DNA from: Lepidodermella squamata
Lineage: Eukaryota; Animalia; Gastrotricha
DNA: 64,000 bases
Direction: 5' to 3'
NCBI GenBank assembly: GCA_047495785.1
Contig: JBLDXI010000059.1
Span: 310,001-374,000 of the forward strand
Positions 1 through 11,149 of this stretch are shown here, piece after piece. A program made the translations under genes and the position numbers. The notes under the pieces were generated by a model. The model worked only from the letters and a program-made list of their open reading frames with translations. It was not told where the DNA came from and ran no database searches. Position 1 is the stretch's first letter, and each line of letters begins with the position of its first letter.

Positions 1-1613
1 TTGGCCATTTGCGTTGGGTCATTTCCGGTCGATTCTGGCATGCCGTCGGAAGAAATCGCCTCTTGCATCGACGAAATCGTGTCCGAACTAGCTCAGCACG
101 ACAGTCACGGCATGTGGCTAACTTTCGATGGCGATGGGAAAAATCGTGAACTTCGAAATTATCTCGAAGAAAATCCGATTCTAAACGCCCGCGGCGAAGC
201 TCTCGAGGTCATTTTCGACGTTCCTCATCTGCTCAAGGTAATATTTCATAATATTTCTCAATTTTTTTTAAATTTTTCCGAATTTTGTTGGATTATTTTG
301 AAATTTGAATTAATAAAATATTATTAATTTTTCAGACTCTTCGCAACAATCTAACAAAGAAATCTTGGGAATTAGACGACCATGGCTCGCGGTTTCTGTG
401 GCAAGTTTTCGACGCCATCCTCAACATCGATTCGCGCCGAATTTTGCGACTCTATAAGAAATTCAATCCGACCAACATCCGGAAAATTCTATCGAATAAC
501 TCGCTGAAAATGAGCGTTGCTCGAGCGGCCGAAGTTCTCAGCGAATCCATGGCCCAGGCCTGCCGATCCGAGTTCCAGCCCGGTCATCCTCTTTATCAAC
601 ATGCCCAAGCCATGGCGCCAGTGATTTCGATGATCAACAAGTGGTTCGACATCCTCAACATCAATTCCTGCTACGGGTTTCTTGGCAAGCGCAACAACAA
701 CCTCGCCCCGTTTCGCAGCGTCAATGACCCTCGCTTGACCTGGCTCCGAGATTTCTGCACCTGGCTCCGCGACCGACAGGGTGCCCAGAAAAATCCGGAG
801 AACAAGTTGTCGACCCAAACCTTCGACGGCATTCTCACTTCGACCGAAGCCATCGTTCGTTTGACGGAGAAGTTGCTGGGCGAAGGTGTTGAATACGTCT
901 TAACGGCACGCTTCAACAGCGACCCTCTAGAACAGCTATTCAGCCAAGTCCGGTGTGGGTTGGGCGGAGCTCGTCACCCTACGATGGCTCGGCTGCTTCA
1001 GCGAATCGCGGTTCTACGGTACGTTGGGTCAAATTTCGGTATTTCGAAAGGCGCGAATGTGCAACGGCACAAAATCAAGAGCCTCAAAATCGCTACTGCT
1101 CGAAAACTGAAACAACTCTCGAAAATCGATAATCGAATCGAGCCGCTTTTGCGCGTCGAATTGCCAGCCGAACTCGTCACCGACGATCGCTCTACGGCCA
1201 GCGTCGCCGGTTATATCACCCGCCAGCTGAAACTGGAGCCGGACAACAGTCAACCCGAAGTATGGCTGAGCCGCGGCGGCCTTGTCAAGCCGAACGTGCA
1301 CGTGCTAGCTCTTGTTCGCGAGGCGATTTCGGCGCCCTACCGCCAAATCTGGTATCAAAAAGAGTTCGCAGATATTTTGCACGAGGCTTTAATTGTAAAA
1401 AATCCTTCTTATCCACCAAATCTGGAATTTGTACAGCCAATTGTGAAAATTTTGCAAAATATGTTATCTAAAAGAATAACTTTATTAGATCGCGACAATA
1501 ATAATCCTACTTCTATTAATCTTCGCGCTGGTCTGAACAGCGATTTTAAACGTGCTAAAGGTGCCAAGCGTTCGCCTTCTGAAGAAATGATTAGTGACTC
1601 GGCGCCTTTTTAA
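1..1613 (+). CDS. P-element/THAP9-family transposase, 5' part outside window; exons <1..237 and 336..1613
   Basis: Splicing the GT(238)..TTTTCAG(335) intron gives in-frame DVPHLLKTLRNNL, the P-element D-x2-H-x4-RN motif. Also TFDGD, KMSVARA, WFDILN and FNSDPLEQLFSQVR (catalytic E region), and the C-terminal SRGGLVKP motif. Confidence 0.9.
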
Positions 1614-1771
1614 ATAAAGTTATGTTTTCGTAAATGCGTGTGTTACATAGCAACAACTAGGGACGCTAGAGAGCTGATTGGCTGTTAAAGTGTGTCACGT
1701 GATCGAGGCGAGCGGGCACCCTGCTGCGCCACTCGGCCTTTGTCAGACGATAGTGCGCGTTGATACGAGGC

Positions 1772-1800
1772 AGTGCTCACTCCATCTCTATTCCTCCAAG
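1772..1800 (+). mobile_element. Probable right terminal inverted repeat of the P-like element (reverse complement CTTGGAGGAATAGAGATGG...)
   Basis: Lies ~190 bp after the transposase stop. The terminal 14-mer recurs in a TSD-flanked palindrome at 28239. Confidence 0.65.
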
Positions 1801-3858
1801 GGTGCGCCTCTTTGCAAACTGCTGTGGACATGGTGAGACACAAGGTCGCTTTCAACCTGGTTCAAAACCATAGCCTGGCCTCTCCCGTGAAATCAGCTGT
1901 TAACTGGCTAGGTAGGTAGGTTAGAATTTCTAAATCGTCGCTCGTCCTAGGAAATAGTGCCAAGTTCTGCCTAGACCTCCTAAGATTTCAGATCTTGAAT
2001 AATCTTTGCAGAACTTGGAAGAATTTTCTTTTTGATTGCTCCATGACCTGCTGATCTTTGACGAAATCGAATATTAGTGCAGTCATTGAGTTCACTCGTT
2101 TGAAATCGATAGTATTTTTGCGACAGGGCGCAATCATATTTTCGCCGCACTCGATTTACTCATCGCAACTCGCCTCCGGCTCGTTCCGACTCGTAAATCT
2201 CGGGCGGCTCCGTACAGATATAAACGTTTTACTCATGTCATACCATACAAATATGAGAGCGTCACCGCACTAAAAATCGGTCACTAAGAATCAGCTTTAC
2301 TGCGCAACTCATAGCGCGAAAACTATGATATGACTAGAACTAGAAGGACGAGCTTGGTCTCAAAATGACCAGCGGACTATGCTCTAATGAACCTTGGTCA
2401 AAATAACGCGCCGAAATTGCGCAGTAAAACCTGCATTCTGCAAAAGTTCTAGAGCGCACTCTTCTTCTGTCCGGTTTTTTCAGTTGTGTGTACGAAAAAT
2501 CACTTGAAAAATGACAGCATTGCAAGAGAGGTAGCACGGGAAAGATAGAATAAAACAGAGATCATAACGAGAAAAAGTAATGCATTGTTTCACATGAAAA
2601 AAGTCTCTGAGTCATCAATTATCAATTCAATTTGAAAGGATTTCGCAGATAAACCATCTCATATTGCGCACATGATCGGAAAAATTGCCCTGCGCTAAAT
2701 ACACAGATTTATTTCTTTTTTTAGAAATGATTAATAACCCCTGCGCTACTTGAGAAAGCCAGCTTTGCTGCCGCTAACATAATATGCATCTCGTATAGTA
2801 CCATCTTTGAACTATAAAAACTACATAAATCAGCGAATATTCGAATATAAACTTTCCTCCTGTCCAAAAAAGACAAGGCGCCTTGTGTTTTTTTTCAAGT
2901 GGAGCAAGGCACATCACCTCACCGCAAAGCCTAATTATCAAAAAATTAGCAGCGAAATGTGCGGTGGGCGCTTAGTAGTAGTATTTCGTATTTCTACCGC
3001 GTAGTATTTCTACCCACGCTATAATTAAAGGTCGATCCTATTTGAAATTTCAACAAAGCAGACATGAAAATTTCATTCTCGTAAATTAAACCCCGAACAT
3101 TTTTGAATACTAATACGTTATCGTGGTTGCGTGCGCTTCCAAAAATAAAACACAAAATGATAATCGAGGCGTTATCGCGAGATATCTATATTTGAGATAA
3201 ACGAAGCATGGAGCGACAACTGGTTAGAGCATGCAGATATATTTGCATGTACATAGTGGTAAATGGTCATTTTTTACAATGTGTTTGCGACTACATTCCA
3301 TCGGGTGAAAACGCGGGACATTCCGTTGAGTATTTTGCGTACGCTGTGAAAATCTCGAGGGTTGGAAGGTAATTGGCAACGCTTGTTCGCTTCTGAAATA
3401 TTCATAAGCTGTGCTCAACCTTTTGCAAATCGGTAATACCTATTTAAACGGGTGACACGTGCGAATTCAGATTTTATTTCTGACACGGCCAGGCAATGTC
3501 CGGGACATCCCTTTCAATTTCGGCAGCAGAGTGCAATAAAATCTTTCCCTTGAGAGCTGCGGCTTACAACGCACCTTTTTTATGGCTTTTTTATCGAAGA
3601 ATTCTAGCACGAGCGAGTAATTTTGATTGATGAATGATTTTGAGATCGGGAGTCTGATATCGAACGTTTTTTTGATGAACTGTCACTCATAATATTGTGA
3701 TACAAGAGTATCATTCTTTTACAGAGTAATTTTTAGTGTGCTGCCTTTTTTTGCTGTCTCAACGCGCCTTCCAGCCGAAAATTCGATTAATAAAAGGCTT
3801 TGATTTCGGCATAGGCTCGTATTTATAAATCGGAGTTCTAATTGCTGGCCACAAAAAT

Positions 3859-4149
3859 ATGGAATACCTCGAAATGTTGACTGATAAGCTAGTACGAGCC
3901 CATGCTTACTTGTTTGAGCATGTTGACCCCATGGTGATTATATTTGTTTGCGGAATCTCGGCCGGTTATTTGCTTCACATCGCAAAAAAACGCATGGTTG
4001 CTCAAAGCGATAGCCTACATCTGCCAGCTAAAACGGTAACACTAAAAAACATCTCTATATTATCGATTGAAAATCTGCTTCTAAAATATGCACAGACGGG
4101 TGGTGTTCTCACGAAAGGTAAATCGGCGAGCGGTAAGAAGAGCAAATAA
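3859..4149 (+). CDS. Possible small single-pass membrane protein (96 aa)
   Basis: ATG ORF with one hydrophobic stretch (MVIIFVCGISAGYLL), TATAAA ~35 bp upstream and AATAAA at the stop. No recognisable domain. Confidence 0.25.
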   Translation: MEYLEMLTDKLVRAHAYLFEHVDPMVIIFVCGISAGYLLHIAKKRMVAQSDSLHLPAKTVTLKNISILSIENLLLKYAQTGGVLTKGKSASGKKSK

Positions 4150-4609
4150 AATAATACATCGAATTATTCCGGAATATTTCTGTCTCGACTTGCTGCCGCT
4201 ATAAAATGCGTAGATGTGGTGCATATTTTTCTGCTGGAAATCAAAAGCTTTTCATTAAATCAATCTGGTTGATGACATTCTTACATTTCCAAGGTTAAAT
4301 TTTTCATTGCCAAGCTGATTTCTAGCCAAAAGGACAATTATGACGGAGGACGGCGGAGTGCTTATTAATTTTATCTGATTTGAAGGCTCTCTATCTTATT
4401 AAATAAGCAGTCATCGCTGAGTTGCCGAACTGCTACGATTTCACATAGCTTGAAAAATATTGTTCGTTATCCGGATTTATGTGACGATTTTTCGCACCAT
4501 TTAACAGTATAATGACCAAATGACCAAATGAATCAGTTTTATTTTTCGTCCTCCGTAGGCATGTGATGTTAATATTAGAGAGTAGAAAAAAGGCCTTACC
4601 CGTGAGGGT

Positions 4610-5074
4610 TTAGGGGACGGCTGACGACAGGCGATCGGCTTCAGGGGCCGACAGATCGGTCGCGAACAACCTGCTTTTGCCCAAAAATTCATAATTTTCG
4701 ATGCTATTACACACTAATTGCCATTCATCCCGATCTCTGGCAGTTATTTCCGCTAATTCTAGATCCGCAATTTTGTGAATTTCAGTGCGTCGCATTAACA
4801 GGGTCGACTTACGAGGTCTCCCGCGTCGAACTGGCTCATTTGGGTTTTTAATATGTTTCACATGAATATCGAACAAACCAATTTTAAGAAGACTCCTTTT
4901 CAAGTTATCGGTCCAGCGGGTTGGCGGTTTACCGCGAGGCAAGTACCAACTCGGGTCGACCGCTTTCCAATGATATATGGCATTCGTGAGACTTTCAGTG
5001 TCATACTCGTCTTGGCGAATAATGTGCCCGAAATATTTCAAACGATGCTTTTCAATCATTTTACTTAATTCCAA
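4610..5074 (-). mobile_element. 5'-truncated non-LTR retrotransposon (RTE-like) ORF C-terminal fragment
   Basis: RLKYFGHIIR...RGKPPTRWTDNL...ARDRDEW motifs typical of the end of RTE-clade RT ORFs. Confidence 0.75.
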
Positions 5075-5887
5075 AACGTCAGTATAATTTAACAGTATAA
5101 TATATCATGTATATCGCGGCCTTTGGCTGCGACTCGGTCGTTCATTTTGCTAGCCTACAGGCCGATAACCACCTCGCGGATATGATATACATTAACGATG
5201 ACGCATGAAGGCTTAAATAATTTCGGACTCAATCCCTGTGGATATACACTCAATATATTAGCCAAAGCAAATCACATGACAGAATTTTTTGAACCAGCGC
5301 AACAAAAAACACGCGTGATCGACTTAGCTTATATCGCGTTGCCGTGGCACATTTTCCAAAGATATTTTTGCCGGCTTTTTTTCGCGCTGCCACCAGCCGC
5401 AGAAAAACGCATCGGCATTAGGATAATGATGATGGCTGCTATAATAGATGCCAGACGCAAGTCTTATGCTGCTATTACAGTGATTTTACGGTGCACGGAG
5501 TCGCTTTTATATTTATTTTAATAAGTAAAAAAAATCACTATTTTCTTTAACAACACAACATTCATCATCCTGCTGGCGCTAAATGGTTGAGCTAGTCGCG
5601 TGCTGTTCCCTTGATTTAGCCAGTTCTACTTGGTGTAATACTCAATTAAATTCATCCTAAAACCTATCTTATTGCTTTAATTAAGTTCAAAATTATCGTT
5701 AGCTAAGCGCATATCCATTATTGAGCGGAGGTAAATTACCAGCCCGCTAATTGAAATAAGCCTGAAAAACACTAGTCACGTATATATACTTTATTTTTGT
5801 ACTTTCATTTGCCCGCCGCAGTTTCATGTTTAAACGCTAATTCTGTGAAAGTTTGCTTGCATTTTTTTTACGTAGAATTTAACAGAT

Positions 5888-7917
5888 ATGAACGAGACGA
5901 CATTGTTCAGCTTGAAATTCGAAAACAATCATTACTCATTTAGAAACAGCGGAGATGTTGCCATGTCGAATTACCTGGACGAGGCAGATGCCATTCTGAC
6001 GAATAACAGCTCGAATGAGTACAAAATCGTAATATCAAGCCTTGCCATATTCACGATGACCATCGCGCTGCTCGCAAATTTAACTCTGCTGGCTGTGATT
6101 CTAGGCCCTTCGAAAAGAAGAGCCCTGCTCAAACTGAACAGGTCCAACGATGTGTCGATAACGATTTTTGTCGGTGTTTTAGCTGTCGATGATATATTGG
6201 TGAGTTGAAAAATAATAATCACACTTTTACAAGAGTTTAAATTCCTGCAGATGGCTGGTGTTAATGGCGTTATGCTTGTTCTGACTGCTGTTCACGACAG
6301 CGAATGGTTCATCGGCGAATCAATTTGCCGTATCAAAGACCCGATCGTAAATGCTGTCGTTGGCGTTTCATGTTGGTTGACGATGATAATCGCTTGGGAA
6401 CGACACCGTCGATTAACCCAAAGTACTGGAATGCCGAATATCAGTGCAAGGAAGGAAGCCGTAGTCGCGGCCTGTCATACTGGAGTCATTGTGGCGGCAC
6501 TCCTAGCGTTACATTCACTCTTCTCGATTCCTGCGATTTTGAACAGCCGATTAATTTCGTCTACATTTCACATTCCTGTTTACAACAATGGCAACTTAAT
6601 AGAAATGAGAGGTAAATGGGTGTAAAATTTGGGCTGTACGCCAAGTGCGCACCCTAATTTCAGGGTTCCACTAAATTTGCGACTAGATTTTCCCAAAATA
6701 TGGGATTTCGAGTTTCACTTCTTTACTAGAATCTGAACTAACTTTTTTTATAATGTCCAACTGATATATAAAACTCGATAATACACGTGTTTTGCATGAG
6801 ACGTAGAGCTACGTCTCATGGTGTTTTGAGCTATTATGAGCGAGTTATAGATACTTTTAGTGAGTTTTACTTGTACCTGCATAGCCCGTATCGATTCCAA
6901 GTATCGATTTTACATAACAATGATTTTTCCGATACCCTCCGTCTTGAAACCAAACTTGGATTATTTTTTTGGTTATACATATATAGTGTATAGTGAATGC
7001 ATTACCAAATTATTGAATTCAATACCAAACATCATCGAATTCTGTACCAAATTATTCCAATTTTAGTTCCAAGTCCCCAATTTTAAGACCCAGCCTCTAA
7101 CCATAACCTAACCCCAACCAGTTAAATAACCGCAAAAATGGTCAGATGTTGAATTAAATGATATTTGGTACCGCAATATTTTCTTTTTTTTCTTCGTAGC
7201 ATAGAACACCATGTTAGCTAAAAGAACTTTTACGTAGTGCTGGAACCTCATTTTTAGTGGTGCAAATGTTTAGACCCATTCTAGAATAGAGAATTCCCAT
7301 GTTTTTAAGGTGGAAATTCTCAAAAATGTTAGTGAAAACGTTTATTTATTTTTATAGAATCGGTTGTGGCTTCCTATTGCGTCCAAGAATGGCAATCTCC
7401 TGTCTTGTTTGTGGTCTATGAGGCTAGCAGTTTTACGTTATCATTCTTCCTCCCGCTCGCCGTTACGATCGGTATTCACATTCGCGTCATTCGTTACCTG
7501 ACTAAACGCGTTAAAATGGCACAAAGCCGAAAATACATGCGAAAAACTACGCACATCCTAGTGGCAGTACTGCTGACCTTCGCCGTGTGTTGGTCGCCCT
7601 ATAAACTGCTTGTGCTATTTGTTAACATCAAAACCAGCGGCCTGCTGGACTCGACAACTGTTCCGGACTTGCTAGCCGAGCCGGCTCTGATTCACGTGCT
7701 CAAATTATTGACCATCGCACAGGCTTGTTTGAACCCGATTTTATACGGCTGGTTCGTAACGAAGCGACGAACTGCTAGTCATCAAATGTCGGGCATCTAT
7801 CAAATGAACAGCGAAGAAGCAAAAAATAACACTAATACGTCGTTGCATAAAATCGAAATAGCCTGCAATAACCATCTAAAAAAATCGGACTTGATTGCCG
7901 CGGAAATATATTCGTAG
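5888..7917 (+). CDS. Class A (rhodopsin-like) GPCR, neuropeptide-receptor-like; exons 5888..6199, 6251..6611, 7358..7917
   Basis: GT-AG introns with matching phases. TM1 N, TM3 ESIC and WERH (DRY variant), ECL2 Cys, FFLP, CWSPY and NPILY motifs. The start could also be the ATG at 5963. Confidence 0.88.
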
Positions 7918-8092
7918 TTTTTTTTAGACTGATTCTATAAGAATTTTAATTCTGATGATTATGATCACGAAAAAACGCCATTATGCTTCCATTGCGTTAC
8001 ATTTTCATATATATAAATGGCAAAAAACGTTTCCCAGCTTTTTTTCTTTGTTGATATTCGGCGTCGAAGAAGCAGCAAATAAATCGCCGAAA

Positions 8093-9902
8093 ATGTATTC
8101 GCTTATGAGTAGTGTTGGTTTCCTATTTCAAGTCATTAAATTAGTCATTTCTGCCAGCTTATTTCCGAACGAACAAAGAGATAGGGCCTTATCTGTGCTA
8201 CATTCCAGTGAGCAAACTGTCAACTGGCCAAAAGGCGTGATTCCTTACCTGATCGAAAGCGAAGATTTCGACAGCGCCCAACGGGAGAAAATCGAAACTG
8301 CTTTGAGAGACATAAGTTACTGGACTTGTTTGCAGTTTCCGCCTTACAATGCTTCAAAACACGGCCGCAATTACATGGCCTTTGAAGGGCATATGGATAA
8401 GTGTACCTCGATTGTTGGTTATCATGGTATAGGACGTCATACCGTAAGCCTAGCTGATGAATGCTTTGTAGGACGGCAGTACTTACATGAAACTTGGCAC
8501 ATTCTTGGCATTGATCATGAGCATCAAAGGTAGGTTTGTTACTAAATCGGTTCTACGACATTTGAGCCAAAACTGAGCTGAGCCAAGCGATAACTCTAAA
8601 TTTAACTAAAGCCAGACATTTGCGCCAACGACAACTTAGTCAACATTATAATTATTACAATATAATGGATAGTTAAGGTGGAACCAGCGAATCCACAATG
8701 TTCTGATTGGTCGCAATATTCGAAACCTGATTGGCTGGCTCAAAAACCCCGCGCATTTTATTTTTTTCACGGCCAAACTGTCCAACAGATGCTTTTCGCA
8801 CGTCGTAAAAATCGAATCACCCATTCAAAAAAATTTGAATTCGCTGATTCCAAGCTTGATCAAGTATTGTCTCTAATTAATATTAAATTAGCTCAGTTGT
8901 AGTTTGCTCGAATGTCGTTGCGCAAGTGTGGCAGATCGGTTTAATTCTAAAGCTTATTACAAAAAATCCAATAACATCTCCATATTTAGAGGCGATCGAG
9001 ACCGATATGTTGCCGTTAATTTTGGGAATATTATACGCGATAAAATTTCTGATTTCGAAATAACCGGTGTTGCTAATGACAGCCGAATTATCGCAGTTGC
9101 TTACGATTACGCCTCAATTATGCACTATCGAGACAACGCGTTCGCAAATTCCCCAGATGTCAAGACAATAACTCCAATTACCGCCTCGCCATCCTCTGCA
9201 AGAATGGGCCTGAGTGATCTACCGAGGTTATCCGACTATCAAAAGATAGCACGGATGTATTGCAACGGAACTTTGAACAGCCAGGTCGCTAACAAAATTC
9301 CGCATGAAAACTGGTTCCAAGCAACGCCCGATGAGATAAGCTATTGGAACGATAAATCTATACCCTATACAATCGATAGTTCAACAATTTTTCCACAAAA
9401 TGCATCAAAAATAATCTCGTTATTTCGATCGATTGAGTCGAAAACGTGCGTGAGATTTGTGCCAAGGACGAATCAAATCAATTACATCAGATTTGTCGGC
9501 ACACAAGAGTCGCGGTGTCAGTCTTCGCTCGGCCGAATCGGTGGTCGGCAATCGATTTGGCTTAACAACGGTTGTTTTTCTGTCCCCCTATTAGCGCAGC
9601 AAATTTTTGTAGCGCTTGGCTTTCGATTCGAACACCAACGGCCTGATCGGGATAGTTACGTCACAGTTCACATGGAAAATGTTGTTGAAGGATCTAGGGT
9701 GATTTTCGGTAAGCGACCTCGGCTCGACCCCCGTCTTCTAGCCATTGAATACGACGTCGAATCAGTGATGCATTTGTTCGGAGACGAGTTTACGATAAGC
9801 CAAGGCCTTCACACGATCGAGGCGAAAAACGGGGCGAAAATCGGCAATGTAAAGGGCCCGACTGAGAAAGACTATTGCAAAATCAATACGATTTATTGTT
9901 GA
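8093..9902 (+). CDS. Secreted astacin (M12A) metalloprotease with two tandem astacin domains, the second inactive; exons 8093..8529, 8990..9902
   Basis: Hydrophobic N-terminus; WPKGVIPY; spliced HETWHILGIDHEHQRGDRD; SIMHY Met-turn. Second domain has WNDKSIPY...TCVRF...QQIFVALGFRFEHQRPDRD...SVMHL. Confidence 0.9.
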
Positions 9903-10184
9903 ACTGCAGTCACCTCCTGAATTTTCTTTTTTTTCACTGCGACATTTTTTGTACCATGCATAGAGATCAGATTAAACTCATGCAGAAACATTTCTACAGC
10001 AATTCTCAACAATTTTTAAGGTGTATTGAAAATCGATTTTTTTATTTCTGGCTCGTTTCAGCATATTTTGAAGCCCGTCTTCTTCAAAGGTAAGCCATAG
10101 ACGCAGCTATATTCGTATTGTGGTAAACTTTCTCACGGTTATTTAGGCCAAAAGCTGGTAGATTATCCCTCTCCTGAGCTCTAT

Positions 10185-10236
10185 TGAGCACACCAGGCTT
10201 CGAACCCATGATTTCAAGATTAGTTGACTAGCGGCC
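10185..10236 (-). mobile_element. Degenerate tRNA-derived SINE head
   Basis: Minus strand has a B-box-like GGGTTCGAAGCCTGG but no full cloverleaf. Confidence 0.3.
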
Positions 10237-10326
10237 TGATATAAAAGTAAAACAATGAGCGTCATAGCGTGCGTAGTTTGTTGGGCAAATTCAAGGACTC
10301 AGCTGTTTTGCTCGTCATAGTCTCGA

Positions 10327-10490
10327 TGTCGGCGTACGCGACGCCCTTATTGAGTTCAGGCTGAAGGCCCGTCGGTTATTCAGCCGCTTCGCCGGCAATT
10401 ACACCACGAGAATAAAATACAGCCGCGAACGCAACTATTCTAAGTTCTAAAACGTTTTAGTAGGTGGAAATGCGTACCCGGAGGGCGACC
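10327..10490 (+). mobile_element. LTR-like segment followed by PBS-like TGG(TCGTCGAGC)
   Basis: TGTCG...CGAC inverted termini, internal AATAAA, and TGG immediately downstream. Confidence 0.45.
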
Positions 10491-10504
10491 TGGTCGTCGA
10501 GCTT

Positions 10505-11070
10505 TGGACGAGGTTCGAGCTCATTTCCAACTCGCCTCTGCCTGCGTACGTTATGATCGCAGTTCAGGCGCTGCGCGCCGTTCGATATCGGCGATCTCGT
10601 TTACCTTCATGTGCCAAGTATCCGGCCAGATGTTCGCCAGTTACTTGTGCTATTCGGTTCTGAGATCTCTCAGGACGTGACATCCTTCCCCATCCCGCCA
10701 ACCAAGGGATGTTAAACCCTACTGTACCTACTTATACTAACATCACTTGATCGCAACCGCCTCAACCGCCTCGTTGCGGGGACCATCCCCAGGGCTGATA
10801 GCTATTCCAAAGCACAGCATTTCGGCCCAAACTTTTGCCAAGGCCCTGCGGCCAAAACGGCGCCAGTCAAACCGCATACTTCGCCATATTTCCAATAGGT
10901 TCTTCTGCCCGTGAGAACAGTTTCACGACGCGTGGTACGTAGCTGGAAATAACGACCGACATGAGCCATGAGCCAGTTCGGGCACTACTACCGCAACTTT
11001 CTCCACAACTGCGAACACGTACTACAACCACGTCATCGCTGGAAGAGACATTTCCTAGAATCCAAAATGT
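10505..11070 (+). mobile_element. Degenerate copy of the Gypsy integrase 3' end and post-integrase region
   Basis: 10560-10633 (agttcagg..gccgttcgatatcggcgatct..gtgccaagta..ccggcc) aligns with 15642-15715. Further matches to ~15830 and ~16125. Confidence 0.75.
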
Positions 11071-11149
11071 GAGTTGAAGGCTGGTGATGAAGATGATAAT
11101 AGTGAAAAACTGCTCGTGGTATTTCGCGCCCATGTATCCGATTAAATGG

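Noticed and set aside
10185-10236. tRNA gene
   Set aside because: Only a B-box is present; no acceptor stem or cloverleaf.
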